NCBI GenBank assembly: GCA_965203805.1
Contig: OZ241917.1
Location: 5,344,001 to 5,408,000 of the forward strand
Reading direction: 5' to 3'
Length of the DNA stretch: 64,000 bases
Source: Candidatus Latescibacterota bacterium
GTDB taxonomy: Bacteria; Latescibacterota; UBA2968; GCA-2709665
The position numbers and the translations under genes are program-made. Of this stretch, positions 50,672-62,885 are shown in pieces; the first letter of the stretch is position 1; every line of letters begins with the position of its first letter. The notes below the pieces were generated by a model, which worked only from the letters and a program-made list of their open reading frames with translations, made no database searches and was not told the origin of the DNA.

Positions 50672-50992
50672 TTATCCAAATCCAAGCTGCTTCAGGTTCG
50701 CCTCAATCGCAGCATCCAGCTTCGCGGCTTCGGCCTGCTGTTCGCGCCACTGCTTCGCGAGACGGGCCATCTTCTCCTCAAAGGGTTCGCCATCGTCTTC
50801 CTGCGGTTCCGCGCCGACGTAGCGGCCGGGCGCGAGGACATGGCCGTGTTTGCGTATCTCTTCGAGCGATGCGCTTTTGCAGAAGCCGGGTATGTCGCGG
50901 CAAACCGCGACGCCCTGGCCCTCACCCGGCGCGATAGGCTGGCGCGTAGCACGTTGCTGCCCCTCACTTCTGTTCCCCTGTCCCACAATCAT
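50672..50992 (-). pseudogene. Duplicate 3' end of hsdM lacking the GIY-YIG insert; ORF opened by an ATG in the 75-bp repeat
   Basis: [46 protein letters not shown]...LGFG. Confidence 0.9.
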
Positions 50993-51118
50993 ACCCTCTC
51001 CCCTTGGGAGAGGGTGACGCGCAGCGCCGGGTGAGGGTGCTTCGCCCCCCCTCGGGTGACGCGCGGCGCCGGGTGAGGGCGTCTTTGATTCTACAGCTTT
51101 GCGCCCTCATTCTGGATC

Positions 51119-51643
51119 TCACCCGGAGGGAGAGGGGTTTACTGCGTCTGCGATTTCGTTCAGGGCTTCCAGGGTGTGCAGCAGCATGTGTTTGTTTCTA
51201 ATTCGGACAACGGTCAATCCCAGAGATTTCAGAAATGCGTCGCGGTTTCTGTCCGTCGTGCGGCGCTCATCGGAGTCGTGGACCGGTCCATCCAATTCCA
51301 CGACCAGCCGTTTCTCGCGGCAGTAAAAGTCAACGATGTAGTTGCCGATCTGATGTTGGCGCCGGAACTTGAGGCCGAGGAACCGTCGGTCCCTGAACAG
51401 TTCCCACGCGAAATCTTCCGCGGGAGTCGGCTTCTGCCGCATTTCCCGTGCCCGATCCAGCAGCCGGAAAAACTCCGGACCACCCCTGTAATGACCCTGC
51501 TCTTCAGGTAGTGCGTGTTGCGCAGCTTGTTGATGGCTGCCACCACCGGTCGCCTTGTCCACCGAACTACCCCCTCCCCTTACGACAGAATCGCGCGCAT
51601 CTTCTTGCAGCACATCGCATTGGTTCCCCTGTCCGACAATCAT
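51119..51643 (-). CDS. DUF559 endonuclease, copy 3
   Basis: Same core motifs; ATG lies within the 75-bp repeat. Confidence 0.88.
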   Translation of the reverse strand: MIVGQGNQCDVLQEDARDSVVRGGGSSVDKATGGGSHQQAAQHALPEEQGHYRGGPEFFRLLDRAREMRQKPTPAEDFAWELFRDRRFLGLKFRRQHQIGNYIVDFYCREKRLVVELDGPVHDSDERRTTDRNRDAFLKSLGLTVVRIRNKHMLLHTLEALNEIADAVNPSPSG

Positions 51644-51707
51644 ACCCTCTCCCCTTGGGAGAGGGTGGCGCGCAGCGCCGGGTGAGGGTGTGCCTCGTAG
51701 CTCTGGA

Positions 51708-51881
51708 CTAAGGCACCATCTCGCCGTCTTCCCTCAATCCCTCGATGTGGAACTCGATGGCCTCCCGAATCTCTTCGATCAATTCTGCCCTGGTATTCGC
51801 AGTGGCGACGCAGCCGGGCAGGTCAGGCACGTAGGCCGCGTAGTTGTTCGGGGTCGCCTCGATCACGACGGCATATTTCAT
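51708..51881 (-). CDS. hicB: HicB-family antitoxin (57 aa), copy 2, not in the ORF track
   Basis: MKYAVVIEATPNNYAAYVPDLPGCVATANTRAELIEEIREAIEFHIEGLREDGEMVP. Confidence 0.8.
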   Translation of the reverse strand: MKYAVVIEATPNNYAAYVPDLPGCVATANTRAELIEEIREAIEFHIEGLREDGEMVP

Positions 51882-51960
51882 GGGTTGATTTTCCTGTTCG
51901 GGCCGAACTGCGACAGGTTGCGGCCACGGGAGTCTTCGTTCGAGGCGATAGCGCCGCGTT

Positions 51961-53700
51961 TCACGCCTCGAATGGCCGATATTCCACCAATGCCGACCGT
52001 CCTACAATCTCCACGATCCGCACGGTTATCTCGACGCCATTGACATCGGTGAGCCGCAAGTCTTCGCCAAGCACGAAATGCACCGGCTGCTGTTGGCCCT
52101 GGTTGATGGCGATGTTCGAGGCGTAGAGATATGTCCGGTCAAGGTTGTCTCGAATCGGATTCAGCGATCCTTTCAGCCCAGGAATTCGGCCGCGGTCTTC
52201 GGAAAGAATGACGCCGCCGCCACCGGGAAGCGGATCGAGTTCGATGGTGAGCGTTCCTTCCGACGGTATCCAGTCGCGTTCGCAGTGTGCGGCAAAACCG
52301 TGAACAGCGGCGAATACGGTCATTGGCAGATCAACCGTATGCAGGCCAATCATGGCCTGGCCCAACGCGTCTGTTGTGGCCTGTTTCCACGTCTTGTTCG
52401 GGAACAGCACCAGTACCTCTGCCTTAGCAAGCGGCTGGTCGCCAACACACACATTAATCAGCACGCGGGCCGGACTCGGCTCGGTGGAGGCCGCCGGTAG
52501 GGTGACGCGAAGGTCAGCGCCCCCAACCAGATCAAACTGCGGCAGACGCCCGGCGAGTTCCCGGGTTTCTCTGCGAATGACGGGGACGCCGTCACCACGC
52601 CGTTCCATGATGAAAAGTCGCCCGCCCGCCCCCTGGATCCCACTGGTTGGCATCCGGCCGAAGACCGAGGCAAGGACCTCGTTACGGGTTGCCTGGCGAA
52701 ATTCCAACTCTTCAACGGTGAGACTATTGGCGAGTGCGCCGGGTGACTGGATTTCCACGCGGTCGGCAAACATGGACAGGCGAATCCGGCTGCCGTGCAT
52801 CGAATAATCGCGGTGCGCCACGGCATTGGCGATAGCCTCGAAAAGGGCTTCTGCGCTGTATTGTGGCAAATCCATGCGTGCCGGGTCCTTGTAGGCTCCA
52901 ACGCGCATATTGCGCACGGCAAAGGCGACCGCTTCGGCAATTTGCCGGTTGAGGGGGCCGGTAATTGTCTGAGTGTCGAGTTGGCCGGAGGCTCGATCCG
53001 TGCCTCGATAATGGGTGGCCGTAATGCAGGCGTTGGGCAGCCATTCTTCCGGTGTGTGGCAGCAAAAGAGGAGGCCGGCGACAGTCGCTCGCACGGTTTC
53101 GTGTTCATCGAGTCCGACGAGACCCATTTTTTCCAATGCGGTCTCGGGATCGGCCCTGCCTTCCGCGCTCAACAACGGTCTCCACAGGGCTTCGTCCAGC
53201 GTTCCCAAACCGGTGTTGGGCACCGGCTGCTTATCGAACCAAAGAAACCGCGCTTGTCCCCTGCGTTGCGCCAAGCGCAGCCGCTCATCGCTTGTCATGC
53301 GGCGTTTAGATCCGCCTACCCGAACATAGCTGCCGCCTGGACTATCATGCTGCGATTCGCTTTGAGGAACTTCGACCAGAAGAAAACTCTTTCCCACCAG
53401 TTCTCTGTGATAGGTGGTGATGCGAACGGCAGGTCCGATCGCGTCAGTGCTGACCTCGACCAGAAAAGAGTCCAACTCGACGATCTGTTTGCGTGACATG
53501 CCCTGAATTTCGCCTGTGTCGGTCACGCCACACAGGAGTGCGCCGCCGGCAGTGTTGGCAAATGCGGCGATCTCGTCGGCCCAATCATCGCGGCTGGGAC
53601 TCCTCGGTCGATCGCCCGAAAACTCGATCTGCTTAAATTCCCACTGGCTGTCCTCGCCCAGACGAAGTTGACGTTTGATATCATCGTCAGTGTAGGTCAT
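51961..53700 (-). CDS. Schlafen/AlbA_2 domain plus RecG-C-like (HATPase_c_4) protein with extra C-terminal domain
   Basis: [52 protein letters not shown]. Confidence 0.8.
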   Translation of the reverse strand: MTYTDDDIKRQLRLGEDSQWEFKQIEFSGDRPRSPSRDDWADEIAAFANTAGGALLCGVTDTGEIQGMSRKQIVELDSFLVEVSTDAIGPAVRITTYHRELVGKSFLLVEVPQSESQHDSPGGSYVRVGGSKRRMTSDERLRLAQRRGQARFLWFDKQPVPNTGLGTLDEALWRPLLSAEGRADPETALEKMGLVGLDEHETVRATVAGLLFCCHTPEEWLPNACITATHYRGTDRASGQLDTQTITGPLNRQIAEAVAFAVRNMRVGAYKDPARMDLPQYSAEALFEAIANAVAHRDYSMHGSRIRLSMFADRVEIQSPGALANSLTVEELEFRQATRNEVLASVFGRMPTSGIQGAGGRLFIMERRGDGVPVIRRETRELAGRLPQFDLVGGADLRVTLPAASTEPSPARVLINVCVGDQPLAKAEVLVLFPNKTWKQATTDALGQAMIGLHTVDLPMTVFAAVHGFAAHCERDWIPSEGTLTIELDPLPGGGGVILSEDRGRIPGLKGSLNPIRDNLDRTYLYASNIAINQGQQQPVHFVLGEDLRLTDVNGVEITVRIVEIVGRSALVEYRPFEA

Positions 53701-55568
53701 CGATCGTCTCCAAAGCCAAGCTTTCTCAGATTCTTCTCAATAGCCGCATCCAGCTTAGCGGCTTCGGCCTGCTGTTCGCGCCACTGCTTCGCGAGACGGG
53801 CCATCTTTTCCTCAAAGGGTTCGCCGCCTGCCTGCCGAGCCCGTCCTTCAGCAATAATCCTCTTCAGCCAACGCCGTCCTGCCGAGGTTTTTAGCTCCCG
53901 CTCACGCGCCACGGCTTCCGCACGGCTCTTGAATTCTTCATAGTGAGGGATGTATCGGGGTCGGTTTTTCTTGGTCCAGTCTGCGGCCCTTCCGGCTACA
54001 TGCTCTTTCCATCGCCGGGGTATGTTGTCTGTATGACCAACGTAAAGGCTTCCACCCTCGCAGGAAATAACGTATACGAAAAACAATCCGGGACTCGGCG
54101 CAGGCAGGTCGTCCGGCTGCGGTTCCGCGCCGACGTACCGGCCGGGCGTGAGGACGTGACCGTGTTTACGTATCTCTTCGAGCGATGCGCTTTTGCAAAA
54201 GCCCGGAACATCGTCGTATCCCTCTCCGTTGCGCCATGCGTGGTAGGTGTCCGCGACCTTGGCGATGTCTTCCGGCGAGAGGTCCCTGTGCGTCCGGTCG
54301 ACCAGATGGCCCAGCTTTCGGGCGTCGATGAAGAGGGTTTCGCCATTGCGAACCCTCGCCCCTCTCCCGGGTGAGGGTGCCCGCGACAGAAACCACAGAC
54401 ACGCGGGGATCTGCGTCGACCGGAAGAGCTGGCCGGGCAGGGCGACGATGCAGTCCACGAGGTTGGCCTCGATGATATTCTTTCGGATCTCCCCCTCGTT
54501 CGACTGGTTGGACGACATGGAGCCGTTGGCCAACACGAAGCCTGCGGTGCCGCGCGGCGCGAGGTGATAGAGGAAATGCTGCACCCAGGCGAAGTTGGCA
54601 TTGCCGACAGGCGGGACGCCAAATTCCCACCGCCTGTCCTCGCGCAGCCTGTCGCCGCCCCAGTCCGACACGTTGAAGGGCGGATTGGCGAGGATGTAGT
54701 CGGCCTTTATGTCCGGATGCCGGTCGTTGTGGAAGCTGTCCCCGTGCTCGATTCGGCCGTCGATGCCCCGAATCGCCAGGTTCATCCTTGCCATTCGCCA
54801 CGTGGTGTAGTTGGACTCCTGTCCGTAGATAGAGATATCGCCCCTTCCTCCGCCTGCTGCGTTGCCGTTTCCGGAGGTATGGGCGTCAATGAACGCCATT
54901 GACTGCACGAACATCCCGGAGGAGCCGCAACACGGGTCGTAGACCCGCCCCTTGTAGGGCTCCAGCATCTCAACAAGCAGACGCACCACGGAACGCGGGG
55001 TATAGAATTCACCGCCTTTCCGGCCCTCAGCCAGTGCGAATTGCTCCAGGAAGTACTCGTACACACTGCCGAGCACGTCCGTCGCCCGGGCTTCTGCCCC
55101 GCCCACGTCAATGTTGGTAACCAGGTCCACCACCTGCCCCAGGCGAGTCTTGTCAAGGTTGGGGCGAGCGTAGTCCTTTGGCAAAACGTCCTTGAGCGCG
55201 GGATTGTCCCGCTCAATGGCGGCCATTGCATCGTCAACCGCACGTCCAATGGTGGGCTGGCGCGCCTGAGACTGCAGATTCTTCCAACGCGCTTCCGGCG
55301 GCACCCAGAAGATGCTCTGGGCGCGGTACTCGTCAGGATCTTCCGGATCCGCGCCTTCAGCGATTTCTTCCACGAGCCTGGCATGGGCTTCCTCGAACGC
55401 GTCCGAGATGTACTTGAGGAAGATGAGGCCCAGAACGACGTGTTTGTACTCCGCAGCGTCCATGCTGCCACGCAACGCGTCGGCCATTGCCCAGAGCCTG
55501 GATCTGAAATCCGTACTGGCACCGGTATCGGCATCCGTCCTGGTCTTTTTTCGTCGACCCTTCGCCAT
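53697..55568 (-). CDS. hsdM: Type I R-M methyltransferase subunit with in-frame GIY-YIG insertion
   Basis: [37 protein letters not shown]. Confidence 0.95.
   Translation of the reverse strand: MAKGRRKKTRTDADTGASTDFRSRLWAMADALRGSMDAAEYKHVVLGLIFLKYISDAFEEAHARLVEEIAEGADPEDPDEYRAQSIFWVPPEARWKNLQSQARQPTIGRAVDDAMAAIERDNPALKDVLPKDYARPNLDKTRLGQVVDLVTNIDVGGAEARATDVLGSVYEYFLEQFALAEGRKGGEFYTPRSVVRLLVEMLEPYKGRVYDPCCGSSGMFVQSMAFIDAHTSGNGNAAGGGRGDISIYGQESNYTTWRMARMNLAIRGIDGRIEHGDSFHNDRHPDIKADYILANPPFNVSDWGGDRLREDRRWEFGVPPVGNANFAWVQHFLYHLAPRGTAGFVLANGSMSSNQSNEGEIRKNIIEANLVDCIVALPGQLFRSTQIPACLWFLSRAPSPGRGARVRNGETLFIDARKLGHLVDRTHRDLSPEDIAKVADTYHAWRNGEGYDDVPGFCKSASLEEIRKHGHVLTPGRYVGAEPQPDDLPAPSPGLFFVYVISCEGGSLYVGHTDNIPRRWKEHVAGRAADWTKKNRPRYIPHYEEFKSRAEAVARERELKTSAGRRWLKRIIAEGRARQAGGEPFEEKMARLAKQWREQQAEAAKLDAAIEKNLRKLGFGDDR
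53827..54108 (-). mobile_element. 282-bp GIY-YIG element with CCTGCCTGC/GCAGGCAGG inverted ends, inserted in hsdM
   Basis: [28 protein letters not shown]; removing it restores EPQPDDGEPF. Confidence 0.85.
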
Positions 55569-55620
55569 CGTGTAAAGCTCCCGGGTTTACGACTACTTAG
55601 CAAAACTAATGTACACATTT

Positions 55621-55649
55621 AAAGTACACCACGCGGGAAATTCAGTCAA
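55621..55649 (-). promoter_or_regulatory. Putative sigma70 promoter of hsdM operon
   Basis: TTGACT-17 bp-TACTTT on the minus strand, ~55 bp before the ATG. Confidence 0.55.
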
Positions 55650-55856
55650 CGTAAAACAGGTTAATTGAAACCGGGACCGTATACGAACAACTGTCGCGAT
55701 TCGCAACACTATGCAGCGAGTACGCGTTAACCTGCCGAGTTCCCCCACCGGTTCACCTGTCCCCACATTCATACCCTCTCCCCTTGGGAGAGGGTGACGC
55801 GCAGCGTCGGGTGAGGGCGCCTTTGGTGACGCGCAGCGCCGGGTGAGGGCAAAACC

Positions 55857-55891
55857 AAAACAGGCCTGCGCGATGGGGCGCAAGCCTGTTT
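55857..55891 (-). terminator. Hairpin/terminator downstream of tRNA-Ala
   Basis: aaacaggcctgcgc..gcgcaagcctgttt with a T-rich tail on the minus strand. Confidence 0.6.
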
Positions 55892-55900
55892 GTGATTTTC

Positions 55901-55976
55901 TGGTGGAGCTGATCGGGATCGAACCGACGACCTCATGACTGCCAGTCATGCGCTCTCCCAGCTGAGCTACAGCCCC
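55901..55976 (-). tRNA. tRNA-Ala (GGC)
   Basis: GGGGCTGTAGCTCAGCTGGGAGAGCG CATGA CTGGCAG TCATG ...GGTTCGATCCC...CTCCACCA, 76 nt. Confidence 0.97.
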
Positions 55977-56104
55977 ACCGCTGGGCAATGTGGTGCAAGT
56001 GTAACAAAGCGACCGTTTCCTGTCAAGCGAAAAGGCCGATTCCGGGCGCTCCGGCCAGGGGATTACAATCTGTCGAGCGGTCTGCGACGGGCTTTCACAG
56101 GTTG

Positions 56105-58111
<2,007 letters not shown>

Positions 58112-58435
58112 TCAAGCTGGTTTGTTTAACCTCAATTCGAAAAAAAAACAGCAACGGGTCGCTGCGACGAAACCTTCCGAAACGGGCCGAAGTGGTCGTC
58201 CGGAAGGACATTTTTTCCCTTCACGTCCAGTGACCCGACGGTTCATAGAAATCAGAAGTTAAATCGCCTTTATCTACTTGCACGTATTCGAATTAACGTC
58301 CCGGAATAATGAAGAATCAAGGTTAAACCTGGTTTTGTCGTGGGACCAAGATAATCAATGACTTGAGGAAGACGCAAGTCTCTCGCCCGCGTCTAACCCC
58401 CGCCGGCCCGCCTGCGGAAGGCGGATTGCTGCACG

Positions 58436-59311
58436 TCACAACGCGCCGGCGAGGATGGCCAGCAGACCGAGCACCATCCCCGCCTTGAGAAACCGGTTGA
58501 TCAACCGGAGGCGGGAGGTGTCCGGGACGCGCAGGATGGAGACCATGACACCAATCAGCAGGACGTCGAGCAGGGCGACGAGGCCCAGATAAGGTGGCCC
58601 GTAAAGGCCGAGGAAGTACGGGACAGGGGTGAGCAGAACCACGAGCGCGAATGCGCCGGCGGCAAGGCGGCAGGACCTGGCGGATCCCCAGTGCATGGGC
58701 AGCGTGCCGCCCGGCGCCCTGCGGTCTCCCGGGATGTCCTGAGCGTCTTTGAGGATTTCCCGGCCCAGGTGGTAGATCGCGGCAAACAGGGCGGGAACAG
58801 CGGCGGGCAGGGGTGCGCGGACGGCGAACCCGCCGTAGAAGAAGGCCAGACCGCACAGGAGGCTTACCGCGACGTTACCCGCCAGCGGGACGTGCTTCAG
58901 CCGGCGATTATAGACGACGAGGCATCCGCACGCGCAGGCCGCGGTGGCGATGGCTTCAGGCGGCAGGAAAATGCTCAGGCCGAGGCCGAAAGAGAAGAGG
59001 CCAATGCACTCAATGCCGGCGGCGCGGGGGGGCAGACGGCCGGAAGGAAGGGGCCTGTGAGGGTGGTTGACGCGATCGGTTTCGAGGTCCCACAGGTCGT
59101 TGAGCGCGTTGCCGCCGGCCATGACGGCCGCCGCGGAAAGTGCGGCAATCCAGAGCGGCGCCGGCAGCGCGTGTACGCCCAGCCATCCGCCCATCAGCAC
59201 CGAGGCAAAGGTGATCACACAATTCTGGGGGCGCGTGATCTGCAGGCCCGCGCGGAAGGCGGCGGCTTCGGAACGGTCAGACCGGAGCGGCGCCGGATTC
59301 CTTGAAGACAT
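58436..59311 (-). CDS. UbiA-family prenyltransferase, DGGGP-synthase-like
   Basis: RPQN, NALNDLWDLETDRVNHPHRPLPSG, REILKDAQDIPGD. Confidence 0.8.
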   Translation of the reverse strand: MSSRNPAPLRSDRSEAAAFRAGLQITRPQNCVITFASVLMGGWLGVHALPAPLWIAALSAAAVMAGGNALNDLWDLETDRVNHPHRPLPSGRLPPRAAGIECIGLFSFGLGLSIFLPPEAIATAACACGCLVVYNRRLKHVPLAGNVAVSLLCGLAFFYGGFAVRAPLPAAVPALFAAIYHLGREILKDAQDIPGDRRAPGGTLPMHWGSARSCRLAAGAFALVVLLTPVPYFLGLYGPPYLGLVALLDVLLIGVMVSILRVPDTSRLRLINRFLKAGMVLGLLAILAGAL

Positions 59312-60980
59312 CGGCGGCGTCCCGAATGGAATACCGGTAACCCTGTTCGGTAAGAAACATCTGGCGCTTGCGCGCGAACTCCAGTTCCCGGGTATCCCGG
59401 GTAACCAGGGTGTAGAAATGAGCGAGGCTGCCATTGGCCTTCGGCCGCAGGATGCGCCCCAGCCGCTGGGCCTCTTCCTGCCGGGAACCGAATGTCCCCG
59501 AAATCTGGATCGCCACGTTGGCGTCCGGCAGGTCGACGGCGAAATTGGCCACCTTGGAAACGACCATCAGCCGCAATTCGCCTTTCCGGAAGCGTTCGTA
59601 GAGCAGGTCGCGATCCTCGCTGGGCGTCTTGCCCGTGATGACGGGGGCTTCCAATTCTCTTGCGAAGGCCTCGACCTGGTCGACGTACTTGCCGATCACG
59701 AGGATCTGGTCGTTGTCGTGTTTCCGGATGAGCTCTTTGGCCAGCGGGATTTTGGACGGATTCTCGGATGCGATCCGGAATTTCCCGCGGCCCCCGGCAA
59801 CGGCGTAGTCCAGGCGCAGGTTCTGGGGCAGGGGAAGCCGGATTTCGCGGCACTCCGCGGTGGCGATCCAGCCCCTGGACTCCAGGTCGCGCCAGGGCAC
59901 GTCGAAGCGTTTCGGGCCGATCAGACTGAAGACGTCCGCTTCCATGCCGTCTTCCCGGACAAGCGTGGCGGTGAGGCCCAGCCTGCGTCTCGCCTGCAAT
60001 TCGGCGGTAAAGCGGAAGACCGGTGCGGGGAGCAGATGGACTTCGTCGTAGATGATGATGCCCCAGTTTCCCTGGTTGAAGATGGCGAAATGGGGAAACG
60101 CATCGCCCCTCTTCTTTCTGTAGGTGAGGATATTGTACGTCGCGATGGTGATGGGCCGGATCTCTTTGACCTCCCCGGAGTATTCGCCAATCTGGTCCGG
60201 CTTCAGGTCCGTCTTGTCCAGGAGTTCCGCTTTCCATTGGCGCGAGGCGGTAATATTGGTGGTGAGGATGAGCGCCTGCGTCTGCAGGCGTTCGAGCGCG
60301 GCGATGCCGACGATGGTCTTGCCGGCGCCGCAGGGAAGAACCACCACGCCGCTGCCGCCCTCCGGCCCGCCGCCGGCGTGGAAGATTTCCAGGGCCTCCC
60401 GCTGGTAGTCGCGCAGGTGAAACGGCGCGCCGGCCAGGGTGGTCGCGCGCCGCTGCAGCGTCAGGCGCCGGCCGGGCACGTACCCGGCGAGGTCCTTGAC
60501 CGGAAAGCCGATGCGGGTGAGCGCCTGTTTCAGGTGGCCCCGGTACAGCAGGTCGATTTTGAGGCGCCGCTCGTCGATCCTTCGGTTCAGATACGGCCGT
60601 ACCGACTTGTGCTGGCAGATTTCGGTGATGAGCAGGGGATCGTCGGCGGAGAGGACGAGGTCCTTCCCGGACCGTTCCAGCCGGATCCGGCCGTACCGCC
60701 CCAGGGTCTCCCGGATTTCAACGGAGACGTTCTGAGGGATTTCGTATTTGCTGAAGGATTCCAGCGCGCCTGTAATCTCGTCGGCCGTGAGCCCCGCGGC
60801 GGCGGCGTTCCAGAGCGAGAGCGGGCTGATGCGGTAGCTGTGGATATACTCGGGGCTCTTTTCCAGTTCGGCGAAACGGGCCAGAACGTCCCGTGCGGCT
60901 TCGTACCGCGGTCCGCCGACCTCCGCGAGAACGGTCATGTCGCTCTGCACGATGAGTGGATTTTGGGCGTTGTATGACAT
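59277..60980 (-). CDS. XPB/Rad25-family DNA helicase
   Basis: AELEKSPEYIHSYRISPLSLWNA, LPCGAGKT, DEVH, GSRQEEAQRLGRILR. Confidence 0.93.
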   Translation of the reverse strand: MSYNAQNPLIVQSDMTVLAEVGGPRYEAARDVLARFAELEKSPEYIHSYRISPLSLWNAAAAGLTADEITGALESFSKYEIPQNVSVEIRETLGRYGRIRLERSGKDLVLSADDPLLITEICQHKSVRPYLNRRIDERRLKIDLLYRGHLKQALTRIGFPVKDLAGYVPGRRLTLQRRATTLAGAPFHLRDYQREALEIFHAGGGPEGGSGVVVLPCGAGKTIVGIAALERLQTQALILTTNITASRQWKAELLDKTDLKPDQIGEYSGEVKEIRPITIATYNILTYRKKRGDAFPHFAIFNQGNWGIIIYDEVHLLPAPVFRFTAELQARRRLGLTATLVREDGMEADVFSLIGPKRFDVPWRDLESRGWIATAECREIRLPLPQNLRLDYAVAGGRGKFRIASENPSKIPLAKELIRKHDNDQILVIGKYVDQVEAFARELEAPVITGKTPSEDRDLLYERFRKGELRLMVVSKVANFAVDLPDANVAIQISGTFGSRQEEAQRLGRILRPKANGSLAHFYTLVTRDTRELEFARKRQMFLTEQGYRYSIRDAADVFKESGAAPV

Positions 60981-61175
60981 AAAAGGGTGGAGACAGGCGG
61001 GCGGTCGCCGGGAAATAGCAGGGAAGGCGGAGACCCCTTGCGGCGCGCCGTTGCCTGCCGCAAGGAATTCCGGGAATAGTGCCGTTGCAAAGGCGGTATA
61101 AGAATACACATGGCGGAACCGATTGTCAATCGGTTTCGTCCAACCCGGCCCCCAAGCGATTTCGAAGAGAATTAT

Positions 61176-61204
61176 TTGACTTTAACGCCTCGTTTACGTA
61201 ATTT
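61176..61204 (+). promoter_or_regulatory. Putative sigma70 promoter
   Basis: TTGACT-17 bp-TAATTT. Confidence 0.45.
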
Positions 61205-61355
61205 TACATGTCTGTTAATTTATAGTGGGCCAGTCGTTTCCGGCGTCAACGTTCCACTTTGCCTCAGGGTATTTTCACGTCGTGCGGCGCGGATACGCGG
61301 TACCTGGCGGCCCATGTCGGGAGGAGCTGCAAGTCACGTGGAGGGGAGGGTCAGG

Positions 61356-61547
61356 ATGGAAAATCAACTGCCGCGGTGTCTGAAGTGCGAAAAGGGCCTA
61401 TTGCTGCCGCTGTCCGATTACGGGCGCGACGGCGCGCCCATTCACTATAAGGCCTGGGTTTGCAGCAGCCCGGACTGCGGGTTCAACCTGCGTATCGATA
61501 ACGGAGAGATCAGCATGGGAAGAAACATCGCCGAGTCGTACAAATAG
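61356..61547 (+). CDS. Small zinc-ribbon protein, 63 aa
   Basis: CLKC..G.LLPLSD..WVCSSPDCGF; GGAGG RBS. Confidence 0.7.
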   Translation: MENQLPRCLKCEKGLLLPLSDYGRDGAPIHYKAWVCSSPDCGFNLRIDNGEISMGRNIAESYK

Positions 61548-61799
61548 CCCGGAAGACGGGGCGCCTCCCACTTGAGGGTCTCGCGTCACGCGTCCGGCGC
61601 CGATAGATCCGATACCCACGACGGCGGACGGATTCTTCGCGGCCCCGGGGTCTCATTGCCGCCGGACGCCGTCTCGACTTTTGAAAGTTTCTTTCAATCG
61701 CCTTTCTTTTTTTCCCACCTCGCGCGGGACCATCCCCTGATCAGCGGGGGTGGCGTTTTATTTCCGCCTTCCGCCTCCCTCAGATTCCATAACGTCCAG

Positions 61800-62855
61800 A
61801 TGTCCTATCAATCCAGGGAATCCAATCAGCCCGTATGGGATCGTCCTGTACTCGGCATCGAAACGTCGTGTGACGAAACGGCTGCCGCGGTCGTTGCCGG
61901 CGGCCGTATTCTGTCGAATATCATCTTTTCCCAGACGGAACACAGCCTGTACGGCGGCGTGGTTCCCGAACTGGCGTCGCGGAACCACGTGCGCAAGATC
62001 GTGCCGGTTGTACGCGAGGCCCTGGATCGGGCCGGAATCGGGCTGGATGACCTCGGCGGCATCGCGGTCACCCAGGGGCCCGGTCTCGTCGGATGCCTTC
62101 TCGTGGGTATCTCGGCCGCCAGGGGGATGGCGCTCGGAAGCGGCCTTCCGCTGATCGGCGTGCATCATATTGAGGGACATATCTTTGCGGGACTGCTGGC
62201 GGAACCCGGCCTGCGTCCGCCCTTTCTCGCCCTGGTGATTTCCGGCGGCCATACTCAGTTGATCCACGTGCGCCGGTGGGGCCTGTACGAAATCCGCGGC
62301 GAAACCAGGGACGACGCGGCAGGGGAAGCCTTTGACAAGGTCGCGAAGATGCTGGGCCTGCTGAAGGCCGGTGAAACGACCATGGGCGGGCCTGTCATTG
62401 CCGAACTGGCGGAACAGGGTGACGCCGACGCATTTGCGTTTCCGCGAGGGCTCCGGCATCGGGAGGGATTCGAGTTCAGCTTCAGCGGGATCAAGACATC
62501 GGTTCTGTACCACCTGAAGCGCCGGTCCGAAGCCGATGTGGCGGCGGAACGCGCGGACATTGCGGCCAGTTTTCAGGCCGCGGTTGTGGACGTTCTCGTG
62601 GAAAAGACCATCAAGGCCGCGAGCGCCCTGGGGTTGAGGCGGATTCTGCTTACCGGCGGCGTGGCGGCGAATCGGCGGTTGCGGGAAGAGATGCAGCGCG
62701 CCGCCCGCGGCTGCGGTGCAAAGGTCTGTTTTCCGCCGCCCGTCCTGTGTACCGACAACGCGGCGATGATCGCCTGCGCCGGAGGGTTCCGGTTGGGCAG
62801 AGGCGAGCGGTCGGAGCGGGGCCTCGATGCCGATCCGAGAATGAAGCTGGCCTGA
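61800..62855 (+). CDS. tsaD: tRNA t6A threonylcarbamoyltransferase
   Basis: LGIETSCDET, GGVVPELASR, HHIEGH, SGGHT, DDAAGEAFDK, CTDNAAMI. Confidence 0.97.
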   Translation: MSYQSRESNQPVWDRPVLGIETSCDETAAAVVAGGRILSNIIFSQTEHSLYGGVVPELASRNHVRKIVPVVREALDRAGIGLDDLGGIAVTQGPGLVGCLLVGISAARGMALGSGLPLIGVHHIEGHIFAGLLAEPGLRPPFLALVISGGHTQLIHVRRWGLYEIRGETRDDAAGEAFDKVAKMLGLLKAGETTMGGPVIAELAEQGDADAFAFPRGLRHREGFEFSFSGIKTSVLYHLKRRSEADVAAERADIAASFQAAVVDVLVEKTIKAASALGLRRILLTGGVAANRRLREEMQRAARGCGAKVCFPPPVLCTDNAAMIACAGGFRLGRGERSERGLDADPRMKLA

Positions 62856-62885
62856 CCCTGCCTCACGCCATACGATGATATCCCT

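Noticed and set aside
49741-51710. Programmed TAG readthrough in the two hicB copies
   Set aside because: The shared stop is more simply explained by duplication after truncation; no pyl genes or recoding signal are visible
53827-54108. Intein or group I intron
   Set aside because: No N-terminal Cys/Ser or His-Asn end, and it is too short for a ribozyme core plus ORF
59067-60977. Long antisense or overlapping ORFs (also 6614-8071, 40109-41545, 28103-29368, 19777-21102)
   Set aside because: Shadow frames of well-supported genes in high-GC DNA, with no recognisable motifs
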